64,000 bases of DNA from a bacterium (GTDB taxonomy: Bacteria; UBA8248). A model generated the notes under the pieces. It did no database searches. It was not told the DNA's origin and was given only the letters and a program-made list of their open reading frames with translations. Numbering within the stretch: position 1 is the stretch's first letter; every line of letters begins with the position of its first letter. The DNA is taken from the NCBI GenBank assembly GCA_965213685.1, contig CBDBZY010000064.1:320001-384000 (forward strand). Reading direction: 5' to 3'. Below, piece by piece: positions 1 to 10,877 of the stretch. Both the position numbers and the translations under genes were made by a program.

Positions 1-235
1 TCGGATATACGGCACCTGCGTAATTACGAGTCCTAGCCTACTGCTGCTAGTTTCTAGCCTACTCCTAGCCCTTGCCCCGTTACAAGATCGAGTGGACTAG
101 CCTATGTCCCTAGCCTACCCCTAGCCCTTGCCCTGTTACAAAATCGAGTTGTGACGGGGCAAGGGCTAGGGGTAGGCTAGAAACTAGCAGCAGTAGGCTA
201 GGACTCGTAATTACGCAGGTGCCGTATATATCCGA
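1..235. mobile_element. Foldback/MITE-like palindromic element, possibly cut by the window edge
   Basis: 1-~90 (tcggatatacggcacctgcgtaattacgagtcctagcctactgctgctagtttctagcc...) is the reverse complement of ~145-235; it has an internal partial direct repeat (ctagcccttgccc..ttaca). It lies in the intron after the exon at 379-536. Confidence 0.7.
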
Positions 236-378
236 CCTGATCCCTACTAGCGCTTATCTAGCTATAAACCTTAGTTGCAGCCTCGCCACAAGGCTCCTGC
301 ACGGTCTGGAGATTTGGCAGCGTGTTTAGTGTTCGCTGCAGTACACAATACAACGCTACACAGTTCTACTCAACTCAC

Positions 379-536
379 GGGTACTTGAAGTAGTTGGAAA
401 TGTCCAGCGTCTTATTATTTGGCGCCTCACACTTACACTTGTTCGAGGGGTCTATAGTGCACTTGTCCAGACTGTGCACAGCATCTAACAACGCTAGGCA
501 GAGAAGGCAGAACACTGTTAGTGACCAGCTCTCCAT
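379..536 (-). CDS. First coding exon of a secreted or type-I membrane protein with a Cys-rich N-terminus (possibly an MRH/M6PR-ATG27-like domain); the gene continues out of the window
   Basis: ATG at 536, MESWSLTVFCLLCLALLDAVHS signal-peptide-like, then LDKCTIDPSNKCKCEAPNNKTLDISNYFKY; strong donor CC|GTGAGT at 378. Confidence 0.7.
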
Positions 537-995
537 ATCTCTACATCCGTTCCCAGGGGTGCGAGCATCTACATCCGTTCCCAGGGGTGCGTGCGAGCGA
601 ACCTTTGACCCTTGCAACTTGAGGTCGGAGAGCCGTATGTGAAGCCATTCGAAAGCCCACGATGCAACTGGCTATCCGTGGCTAAACGAAGCCAAGCTTC
701 TTTTCTTTTCGCCACATCTTGCATTGAACTGATGCAGTGCAGTTACTAGGCATTCTTGTGATGTAGATATTTGCATTTTAGTTGAAGAATTTGTGTTGGC
801 GCTTCAGTATAATGATCTGTTACATTGACAAGTCATGAGCTGATGTTTTAGTCATCTGGCAGCATGTATGATATTGTTGCAACATATGTTACACAGGAGT
901 ATGCATGAAGAATTGCATGATACATTAACTTGGGTAGCCTACACCAAATGATTCCACGTTTCATGGCATGCAACATATATTAGCTGCACAAAGGT

Positions 996-1343
996 CAGGG
1001 GCGTAGGAGCCAGTACGGCTACTCCGGCTTTGGCCGTAGTAGATTTTGGCCCCACGTACTTAGTTGGTTTGCTTCGAGCTACTTACTCTCGTGCTACGTC
1101 ACTACATGCTACAGTCCTTGTCACTGAGCGAAGATCAGAGCCGGGTGCAGCTTACGCATGCGCATTACTAATAGCCTAGTACTAGACACATGCATGTTGA
1201 GCTGTAGTATTGAGATACATGTTCAAAGCAACTACATGAGCATACCTTTTGCAGACACTAATGTTCAGGATTGAGGGGTGGGGACATGTATGTAGAGGGG
1301 TGTGTCTGGCCTTACTAGATCTGTTGTGCTTCCTACTCCTCTG
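996..1343. mobile_element. Non-autonomous hAT-like MITE with 5-bp TSD
   Basis: Termini caggggcgtaggagc ... gcttcctactcctctg; flanked on both sides by AAGGT. Confidence 0.65.
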
Positions 1344-1749
1344 AAGGTTATACACATTTCAAGCAAGTGCTTTTAATAACTTTGGCATTATTGTAGTCAT
1401 GTCACAGAGTAGATTGTCTTCATAGTAACCTGCACCCCAGGCACTTTACCTCAGAGTGACTTGTCCTCCCTCAGACATCTAACTCTGGAGCGGCTGTCCC
1501 CCCAGACACTTCACTCCTGAGCAAGTTGTCCCCGGACAATCTGGGGCAAAGCATCCCCCAGACAAGTTACTCTTGACTAAACATTCGGGGGGGAGGTTAC
1601 TATGAAGGGCAATTACTCCATGACAGACATTGAACGAACAGAGCATGAACCAATAGTCTTCTTGAAGCAATCATTTCATAACTGGTTGACAAACATTGAA
1701 GATACATATGCATGGAAGTGCAAAGTTCCTACCACCTAGAAAAATGACC

Positions 1750-2850
1750 TCAACCTTTAGTATCAGTGCCACTACATAATGATTGTAACACATGTTCATC
1801 AGCGACATCTTCCTGATTTTGCTGCTCTTCTTTGGATTGCTGAATGCTTTGCTCGATCACATACTGCTCTAGAAGAACTCGTGCTCGAAGCCCACTGCTG
1901 AAAATCTGCCCCATTTCCTCTCCAACCATCCATCCCAGCGCAGGGCTGCCCACCTTACCCCCAATTTCAAAACCACGCTCAGAAAATATTAGGCTCTGGT
2001 CTTCCAGAAACTTCTCTTCCTCCTTTGCGCTGACACACTCTGGTGATTCCACCAGTCTGTTGTAGTTTATCATCACCATGGCAGGCTGAGCCTTCTTGTG
2101 CATGGCACGCAAAGCAGCAAACCAGAAGGAGCTCAGCCAGTGGTCACGGTCTGGGAGTGAGGACGGATCTCGAAAACCAGTAGGGATGATCGGTAGAGCT
2201 TCTGAACAATGAGGACTTACTTTAACAACATCATTGAGTGTGGCTTTTATTTTGTCAACCCATTCGGCAATTTTATATTTGAAAAGCTTAGACAACTCCT
2301 CCTTATCTTCCTTGTGCCTGGCAAGCATCATGTCGTCATTTATCATCTCAAGCTCATTGGCATACGTGAGGGCTATCACAGCGTGATCCCAGAGGCTGTG
2401 CCCAAAGGCATCTGTCAGCTTCTCCAGGGCCTTGACCTCTTTTGAGTCACTCGTGAATCGCGTGGTCGAGATGCTAACACAGAACACGCAGAGATCAATG
2501 TCAGTGCACTTCGCCTTCATGTCCGCAATGTATTCTGCCTCTCTCCCCGTGCCGTCCTGCAAGCCTGGGGAGTCCCACACCTTCACTCGGACCCCACTCA
2601 CTGTTGTCTCGTAGCACGTCACCTCAGAGGTCATCGGGTCAAGCTCTCCGCCTTCCTCAGCCAATTTCTGACCAATCATAGCGTTCACTAGCGTAGACTT
2701 TCCTGCGCCCGTTCTTCCCGTCACGAAAATGTTGACGGAACTGCTGGATTGAATCCATTCCTTAAGCTCTTCCTTAATTCTTTCGGACTGTACCGCACGG
2801 AGGACCTCTCCTAGCAGTTCCTCTAAGACACCACTCTGCCGCTGCCCCAT
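1750..2850 (-). CDS. AIG1/GIMAP/Toc34-like P-loop GTPase, type A1 (366 aa, intronless, predicted N-myristoylated)
   Basis: Starts MGQRQS; G1 GRTGAGKS, switch-I DPMTS, G3 VWDSPG, conserved-box STTRFT, G4-like IALTYAN, LPDRDHWL; colinear with the paralogue at 11665. Confidence 0.88.
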   Translation of the reverse strand: MGQRQSGVLEELLGEVLRAVQSERIKEELKEWIQSSSSVNIFVTGRTGAGKSTLVNAMIGQKLAEEGGELDPMTSEVTCYETTVSGVRVKVWDSPGLQDGTGREAEYIADMKAKCTDIDLCVFCVSISTTRFTSDSKEVKALEKLTDAFGHSLWDHAVIALTYANELEMINDDMMLARHKEDKEELSKLFKYKIAEWVDKIKATLNDVVKVSPHCSEALPIIPTGFRDPSSLPDRDHWLSSFWFAALRAMHKKAQPAMVMINYNRLVESPECVSAKEEEKFLEDQSLIFSERGFEIGGKVGSPALGWMVGEEMGQIFSSGLRARVLLEQYVIEQSIQQSKEEQQNQEDVADEHVLQSLCSGTDTKG

Positions 2851-2976
2851 ACCTAGCCGTATTTTTCGCGTGCACGGAGGAGCTGGCAGCTTAGCCACGC
2901 CTCCTCGCACGCGTGCAAGAAGGCGTGGCTAGATGGCGCGCCCCTTCCCAGTAATTTTGATCACGCGGATCGATAA
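2851..2976. promoter_or_regulatory. Compact bidirectional promoter between divergent GTPases A1 and B1, with a central 40-bp palindrome
   Basis: 126 bp between the two ATGs, CpG-rich. 2892-2931 tagccacgcctcctcgcacg|cgtgcaagaaggcgtggcta is a dyad with 2 mismatches; a YY1-like agatggcg is adjacent. Confidence 0.6.
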
Positions 2977-4068
2977 ATGGCGTCTAAAGCCCTTCTAGAC
3001 AAGCTGGGTTTAACGCGAGAGGAAAGAAAGAAATTCGAAAAGACGCTTCGACAGGCGAAATTAGATGTCCACGTTTTAGTGGCGGGTAAAACTGGCACTG
3101 GAAAATCGAAGCTGGTCAACGCCCTCACTGGGGCCATCGTGGCACGTGAGGGGCACAGCACCGACCCAGAATCGGGCTCGGTGCAGCAATACCAGGCTCG
3201 TACTGAAGGCGGCTACACGGTCAATGTTTGGGACAGCCCCGGTCTCTTTGATGGCTCTGGTAGGAATCGCGACTATGTGGAAAGTATGCGAAGAGAGTGT
3301 GGTGACAAAATCGACATACTGCTCTACTGCATTAGTATGTCTGACAAACGAGCAGATCTAGATGAGATGACGTCAGGAATGAGGTTATTGACCGAGACCC
3401 TAGGACAAGATGTTTGGAGTCATGCAATGATCATTCTCACATTTGCCAATGTTGTCGCTGAAAGAATTGCTAAGGAATGCTCGGATGCAGAAACAGTGGA
3501 AAGCAAGTTTCAGGCAAAGGTTGAACAGTGGAAGAAGAAGGTGCACTCTGCACTCGAGGGTGCTGGTGTGCAGCATGAGATGATTGCACAGGTCTCCATT
3601 GAACCAGCCGGGCATTACCTCATTCCTCACCTCCCCGACCGAATCCACTGGCTTGGCTACCTTTGGCTGCTGTTCCTCTTCCACATAAAAGACGAGGCCA
3701 AGCTAGCTATTCTTATCACCAATGAAAACCGCATATGGAGCTCAGAGTACCTTCAGCCTAGTGAACTGGCTGGACTGATTGAAGGAGCCGAAGACACCAG
3801 CCAAATACCACTAGTCATAAATCGTGAACATGCCATCAAGATTGGAATAATCGGTGGTGTAGGAGGTGCAGCCACGCTTGTGGGCGGAGTCACGGGAGCT
3901 GCCGTTGGGGGAGTACTGTTGGGCACTCTCACGGCTGGTGTGGGGGCTGGGGTGGGGGTGGCGGCAGGTGGTGCTGTGGGAGTGGGGGTCGGTTTGCTCT
4001 GCTCTCATGCAGTCACCAAGATGCTGGAAAGGAGAAAAACTAAGAAAGAATCGAGAGAATCATCATGA
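2977..4068 (+). CDS. AIG1/GIMAP/Toc34-like P-loop GTPase, type B1 (363 aa, intronless) with C-terminal glycine-zipper hydrophobic segment and basic tail
   Basis: G1 GKTGTGKS, G3 VWDSPG, DILLYCISMSDKR, G4-like IILTFAN, LPDRIHWL; C-terminus GIIGGVGGAATLVGGVTGAAVGGVLLGTLTAGVGAGVGVAAGGAVGVGVG followed by RRKTKK. Confidence 0.9.
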   Translation: MASKALLDKLGLTREERKKFEKTLRQAKLDVHVLVAGKTGTGKSKLVNALTGAIVAREGHSTDPESGSVQQYQARTEGGYTVNVWDSPGLFDGSGRNRDYVESMRRECGDKIDILLYCISMSDKRADLDEMTSGMRLLTETLGQDVWSHAMIILTFANVVAERIAKECSDAETVESKFQAKVEQWKKKVHSALEGAGVQHEMIAQVSIEPAGHYLIPHLPDRIHWLGYLWLLFLFHIKDEAKLAILITNENRIWSSEYLQPSELAGLIEGAEDTSQIPLVINREHAIKIGIIGGVGGAATLVGGVTGAAVGGVLLGTLTAGVGAGVGVAAGGAVGVGVGLLCSHAVTKMLERRKTKKESRESS

Positions 4069-4217
4069 TTGTGTCCTTCTCCACCAGTGTCGTGTTTGTA
4101 CTTGTGTGTAATAAAATATTATTTGGACTAGTCTCATGGACCATATGTATTTTCCAAGTGTATGCAGCATGTTCATGAAAAAGAGGAAGGAATCAAGAGC
4201 AACTCAGAATTGCCTAT

Positions 4218-4729
4218 AGTGGAGAAGTATGAGGCTCTGTCTCTAGACGGTTACACCATCAATGTTTGGGATAGCCCCGGTCTCTTTGATGGTTCTGATA
4301 GAAAGAGCATATACGTGGAAAGCATGAAGAAAGAGTGTGGTGATAAGATTGACATGCATGCTCCTCTACTGCATTGACAAGACTGAAGTGAGGGCAGGTG
4401 TCGATGAGATGTCATCAGGGATGAAATTATTGACTGAAGCCCTAAGACAAGATGCTTTGCCTTCATATCCGCAATGTATATTATATTATGTATGCATTCT
4501 CAAGGGTGAGCCTCTTCTTTGATTCAAAGAAGAGGCTCAACTGGCTATTCTTATGACCAATCAAAATCATATAGGGAGTTCACATTATCTTCAACCCACA
4601 GATTATCATGCTTTGCAAGAGCTACCACTCATCATACATCATGAAAGTAAGAACAAAGTACACTTGCGTGACTTTTGTGTTCTTGTAGTCAAGAAGATGA
4701 AAGTCAAGTATAAGAGGAAGAAGCTTTGA
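4218..4729 (+). pseudogene. Truncated, frameshifted type-B GTPase pseudogene (B3)
   Basis: DGYTINVWDSPGLFDGS..ESMKKECGDKID, frameshift, LLYCIDK..EMSSGMKLLTEALRQD, internal deletion, then EEAQLAILMTNQNHIGSSHYLQPT...KYKRKKL*; no G1 motif. Confidence 0.8.
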
Positions 4730-5259
4730 AGTAATGTAATGTTCTAGATGCTGCTTTTTGTAGACTGTGAATAATATACATAAAAATAACATAAGTTTCA
4801 TTCTTATTTACGGCAATGAATTACACAGCTAGCACAAGTTCAGACATCAACAGTAACATCAACCTTGCCAGCTGATGGTGTGGCAGTGAATAAGGAGGGA
4901 ACTATAGTTGTATCATGTGACAAGACTGTGGAATTTAATGTCATCTGGAGTTTGCAACAATGGGCTTCTAGAGTGTATTAGGTCTGAGGCTGAAGGCAGT
5001 TATATGTATGCATTCCCAAGGGTGTAGCCTGAGGGATTGCATAAAGCTGCAAGAAAACATGGAGGGTAACAGCTTATACTTGTATATACCACAATGTCCT
5101 CAAGTAGTTCAGACAAGAACGATACAGTACATAGTAGCCTGCATGTGCCCTCCTTACCTGTGTAGGGAGATACATGTATGTACACTGCATTGGTTCATAT
5201 AACAATATGGGAGTTGTATCAATAGTTGCTGCACAGCTGCAACACAACTGCTCATTTTG

Positions 5260-5435
<176 letters not shown>

Positions 5436-5769
5436 AGTTACATCTAGCTATGTAACCCTGTGTCAGTAGGTTTGCTCCCACATACTCTGTATGTTGTATG
5501 TGCACGTGTGGGCCCTACTTATGATTAAATTTCACTGCACTACACATCCACGAGTGTATGTAATTATTGTAAGCCTGTACAGGCACATACCAGTACTGCA
5601 AAGCTTGTACAGGTATATACCAGGTGGACAAGAAAATGCACTAGACACCTCACTGATGGTGGCAGCCACTACAGCACAGTTCTACATGTACTCAGTAGTA
5701 CATGTATCACTAATGTACATTACTATACTTACAGACAGAAGAGAGCTAATAATATTACTTCTACTACTA

Positions 5770-5986
5770 TTCTACAACTACTTCTATTTTTCATATGTAC
5801 CTAGCGTTATTACTGTTTGGAATACTTTACCAGTAGACATAAGATCATCATCATCTGTTTCTGTTTTTAAGCATAACTTACTGCACTGGGCTCATGTCTT
5901 GTATTAGCTTACAGCTATTTACATGTTGCCTCCCATATCTTTGTACTGTACTTCTTATCTCACTTGTATAGAAAAAAAAAAAAAAA
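5770..5986 (+). mobile_element. 3' fragment of a CR1/L2-like LINE with poly(A) tail
   Basis: YFSYVPSVITVWNTLP resembles the C-terminus of the LINE at 55290-55748 (FSFFPHVIALWNALP); A-run at ~5972-5986. Confidence 0.6.
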
Positions 5987-6730
5987 TTACTGCAGTGCAG
6001 AAGGACTAAAAATAGCCACTGCATGCTTGGCGAGTAGATCTACAGGAGCTAAGCGGCAGGAATAGCCAGCCATCGTGAATGCTATGACGTTTTGCCAAAG
6101 CCCACTAGTCTCCCGCTTGCCGAGAGAGTCTGGCTACGCGAGACTAAAAGCCCACTACTCTTCCATGCGTCATCCACGATACGCCCACGTTAAAACACGT
6201 GGTTTCAGCGTGCGCAAACAGTGTGTACCGGGCTCTTTTGAGCCTGGGAACGAGGCTATGTGGAGGCAAGCCGTCACTAGCACTAAAGCTCACTCGCAGA
6301 AAAGATAGGTTCTGCTGAAGGCTGCCACGACTGAACGCTGCTCAAGCACCGTACTACGGTGGCCCGTTAGGGCCATTCCGTAGCCATTTTGGAGTTAGAC
6401 GTTTGGAGCTAGCCGTTTCGGGCATTTGTTCTAGCCATACTGGAGTTTTGCTCCAGCCGTTTTCAAGTTCGTCGTTAGGCGCTAGCCGTTTTAGATATAT
6501 ATATGTGTGTAGATATATGTGTGTTTAAATATGTGTGTTTTAATCAGGAATTAGCTTTCTCGCTGAGTTGACATAGACCTCTATCAGCGGTGAGCGGGTT
6601 GACCGAGTGTGTGGACAAGAACTCCATCAGCGAACTACCAGCAGACTACCAGGTGCTCCCAGGCGCTGGGGCTGGGGCGTGTGGGGGCTGTGGTGTGCGG
6701 GGTGAATCCCTGGTTAACGGACCGCACAAG

Positions 6731-7204
6731 TAGGGACACGCACAATAAGCGGCATATTCTTTTAGCGTAATAGGCAGGCTACGTGAAGCAGCATAATGCC
6801 GGCATAATAGGGCTAACTTTGCACTATGACATAATTAAAATTCACGTGAGTAGCTGAGAACGCACACGTAGACTATAGAAATGGTTGATGCACCTTGTTC
6901 CAACACTTGTGCAATCGGCGTCCGCCAAATTGAACGGGTTTCTCCACCTTAGGAGAGCACTAAGAGCAAGTAAAGTAGCGCTCTCGATTGCTACAAGTGC
7001 TGTTGCGCTTAGCGTCATTCTGCGCAATCCAGGAATTCCTAGACCGCGTCAATTCTTAGAATGCGCGGAACATACATACACATATGTACATCATAATGTC
7101 AAAATAGCATAATAGGTTGGAAAACAAAGCATAATTGGTGCGTTTTGTGAGCATCGGAGCATAGCATAATGGGTAAAATTTGAAGCATAATGTGCGTGTG
7201 CCTA
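6731..7204. mobile_element. hAT-like MITE (TAGG termini, gcataat subterminal repeats)
   Basis: tagggacacgcacaa ... atgtgcgtgtgccta; same family as 57801-58193; no TSD visible. Confidence 0.6.
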
Positions 7205-7390
7205 GCGCTTACTCTTTACATAAAGAGGAGAGTGAAGACGCTAGCAGCACTTTGTGTGAGACAGTTGCGGTGCAACCAACAGCTGTAGGAAGAAGGAAGT
7301 GTATTCAGTCATGACGAAAGGCCTGAGCGTCATCAGGAGCTTTAGTCAAGCATCCCGCTCGTTTATCTATGGTCAAGCAGGGGCAAAGGC
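7205..7390 (+). repeat. Diverged inverted copy of 10878-11049
   Basis: gcgcttactctt..gagagtgaagacgc..gtgtgagaca..aacagctgtaggaag..ggaagtgtattcag..aaaggcctgagc..tagtcaagca matches the reverse complement of 10878-11049. Confidence 0.75.
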
Positions 7391-7568
7391 AAGGTGGGCT
7401 CTAGGTACTTGCATACCAATCATAAAAACACAGAAAGGGGCATCGGTTGTACTCCCTTACATGCATACGATGTTGAAAGCAAACTGCAGGGAAGTCTCAC
7501 AAAGTGAAATTTACGCCGTGACAGGAATATTCTATGTATGTGGAGTTTGATTAACCGCACCCCCAGGC

Positions 7569-10500
7569 ATGGTGTGTTGCAAGTGAAATAGATCGAGCAA
7601 GTGTAGACAATGCGCCTGTGTAAAGGCCGGCAGAAAATGTTCTGATTGTCTACCGTGTCGTGTAGGGACTTGCTGCAACCTGTCGGATACTAGTCAAGTG
7701 GGAGCTGCTCCCGCACCCCATTTAGTGCCCACCGAGACAGCCCTGTCTCCTGGCGAAGACTCATCCTCATCACAGCATTCACCCAACATATCCAGGGCAC
7801 TGGTATACCCAGGGTGACCTTCAAGGAGTCGAACTCCACCAGACAATGAAAGAAATGTTTGATGAAGTCCACTGGCACCGTAATTTGTTTCAGGTACCCT
7901 CTGGATCCGCCAGAAAGGCCTTTGTTGCCGAACTGGCACAGCTGTATCAAGCATATGCCGACGGTTCAAGCCTTGAAAGTGTAGCATTGATGGCATGCAA
8001 TGTAGCTCCCATCCTCCTGCTACAGAAGCCTGGTCGTACCAGCAAAAGCAAAGACCATATGATCCATCTACAAAGAAGACTGGACTTGTGGCTCAATGGC
8101 GAGCTTCGTGCTCTAGTGAACGAAGGGAGGTGCATTCAGAAACACCTGAGAACAGGCACAAGATGGAAGGATGATGAAGTGATAGCCAGGACCTTCAGGG
8201 ATCTCATATTGAATGGGAAGGTCAGAGATGCCATGCGTTATCTGTCCAGGAAAACCGGTGGTGGGGTCCTCCAGCTGGACGAAATGATTCTGGACAGAAA
8301 AGAGGGGGATGACACAATAATGCGATCTGTACAAGAGATTCTCAAGGATAAACACCCTTTAGCCATTCCCCCCGCACCATGTACCCTGTTAGACGATGAG
8401 GATAATCCAGAGCCTGTCAGTCCTATTCTGTTTGACCTTCTAAACTCTGAGGCAATCCTTCAGTCAGCTTTACATACCCAAGGTTCCGCTGGTCCCTCAG
8501 GTCTTGATGCCCAGGCATGGCGGCGCATGTGCACCTCGTTCAAATCTGCCTCCACCAATCTTTGTGCTGCCCTGGCCAATGTTGGCAAGCGTATAGCCAC
8601 CACTGCTGTACATCCTGATGGTCTCACTGCTTTTGTTGCGTGCCGCCTCATTCCCATCGATAAGTGTCCTGGAGTGAGGCCCATTGGTGTTGGAGAAGTA
8701 CCCAGATGCATAATTGCCAAGGCAATTCTGAGGATCCTGAAGAAAGACATTGAAGATGCTGCAGGATCTCTTCAATTGTGTGCAGGTCAAGACGGTGGCT
8801 GTGAAGCCGCTGTCCACGCAATGAAACAGATCTTCCTGGATGAAGGTACTGAGGCCGCCTTACCAGTGGATGCAACAAACGCCTTCAATTCCATCGACAG
8901 GTATTCTGCCCTCCACAACATCAATGTGTTATGCCCTCCTCTCGCACAAGTGCTCATCAATACATACCGACATCCTGTTCGTCTGTTCATAACAGGCAGT
9001 TGAGAAATCCCATCCACCGAAGGCACCACCCAAGGTGACCCTTTAGCTATGGCCATGTACGCTATCGCCATCATGCCTCTAATCACTCATCTGAAAGAAA
9101 GCTGTCCAGCCGTTAAGCAGGCTTGGTATGCAGATGATGCCACAGGAGCCTCTACATGCAACAATCTGAGGTTGTGGTGGGATGAACTAACTAAACTTGG
9201 GCCCCTTTTTGGCTATCACCCAAACCCATCCAAAACCTATCTGGTTGTGAAAGAGGAACACATGGAGAATGCCACTCAGGCCTTCACAGACACAGGAATT
9301 CAGATCACTACTGAAGGGAAGCGTCATCTTGGAGCAGCAATAGGTTCCCATACATTCACTAACGAGTATGTCGGTAACAAAGTCCATGAATGGACAGAAG
9401 TCAAACGGCTTGCCCATGTTGCAACTTCGCAACCTCATGCTGCATATGCAGTGTTCGTACATGGTCTGGTAGGCAGATGAACATACGTGCTGAGAACAAT
9501 CCCTGACATACAAGATCTTCTTCTCCCGTTAGAGATAGCAATCCAACAGCACTTTATTCCTGCTCTGACGGGGCTTCCACTATGCTCAACAGTCGTGAGA
9601 GATCTGCTCGCTTTTCCTGCGAGACATGGAGGATTGGGTATTGTTAACCTGACAACACTATCATCACCGTACTACAGTGCATCTGAAATCATAACAAGAC
9701 CCTTAGTCTCTTTCATTGTGTCTCAAGAAGCACACCCGGCCATGGATTCGGAGACTATAGAGGCCACCAAAAAGGTGGTGAGAACCATGAATCGCACAAG
9801 ACATGCTCAACAAGCCAGTAATGTAAAAGACCAGCTACCTGAAGATATGAAGCGCCATGCAGAAGTGGTAAGTGAAAAAGGTGCCTCCTCATGGTTGGCT
9901 GTTCTACCCATTGGGGAGCACGGCTTCCACCTACACAAAGGGGAATTCAGGGATGCTCTACGTCTGAGATATAACTGGCAGCTTGACAACACCCCTAAGA
10001 CGTGCAACTGTGGTGCACAGTTCTCTGTAGATCATGCAATGATCTGCCACATGGGGGGTTTCCTGACCATCCGTCATAACGAAATCCGCGACATTACAGC
10101 CTCCTTGCTTACAGAGACATACTACAATGCTGCTACTGAGCCACCCCTCCAGCCCCTTAATGGGGAGACTCTCAGTGCCAGATCAGCTAACACAGATGAC
10201 AATGCCCGCGTTGATATCCGTGCACGAGGATTCTGGAACAACCACCAGGATGCAGTTTTTGATGTGAGGGTTTTCTACCCAAACGCACCTAGTAACTGTT
10301 CCACAGATGCCTACAGGAGACATGAGATGGCAAAAAAGCGTGAGTATGGACAAAGGGTATGTGAAGTCGAGCATGGAGTGTTTACCCCATTAGTCCTATC
10401 AACCAATGGTGGAATGGGCAAGGAAGCTGCTACTTTTTACAGGCGACTTGCAGACTTGATTGCACAGAAGAGACAGCACCCATATTCCAGGGTCATGGGA

Positions 10501-10770
10501 TGGCTCAGATGCCGGCTCTCATTCGCATCCATCTGATCCTCAATCATGTGCATTTGGGGAAGCCGCTCATCGCTACACAGACCCATATACATGGGCAATA
10601 TCACACTTGCATCTCAGGAGGGGCATGTGCCCCCCCTAGATGTTTGAACTATCATAACCTGTCCTTTTGTTTTTTTATATATATTTTCCTACTTAACTAG
10701 TCTGTCTTTTATTTTACATTGTCATTGTTTGTTTCACACATTGCACTGCTTATAACTGTTAAAAAAAAAA
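7569..10770 (+). mobile_element. Degenerate CRE-like non-LTR retrotransposon (RT plus C-terminal RLE endonuclease) with poly(A) tail
   Basis: Cys-rich N-terminus (CRQCACVKAGRKCSDCLPC). One reading frame from 7846 to ~10640 is broken by TGA at 9001, 9478 and 10534. RT motifs GVRPIGVGE, VDATNAFNS, GTTQGDPLAM, YADD; CNCG..HAMIC knuckle, RHNEIRD, RVDIRARGFW..FDVRV, KKREY; A10 at 10761-10770. Confidence 0.9.
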
Positions 10771-10877
10771 GTTGTGTGGTCTATAAAATAATATTCTATG
10801 TATTACTTCTCATGTATCACTGTGTTCGTACCCCCATCAATGATCATGACTTACAGCACTACATGCACCGTGGAGTC

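Noticed and set aside
9001-10536. TGA readthrough or selenocysteine recoding in the retrotransposon ORF
   Set aside because: The stops are better explained by point decay (CGA/TGG to TGA) alongside other inactivating changes.
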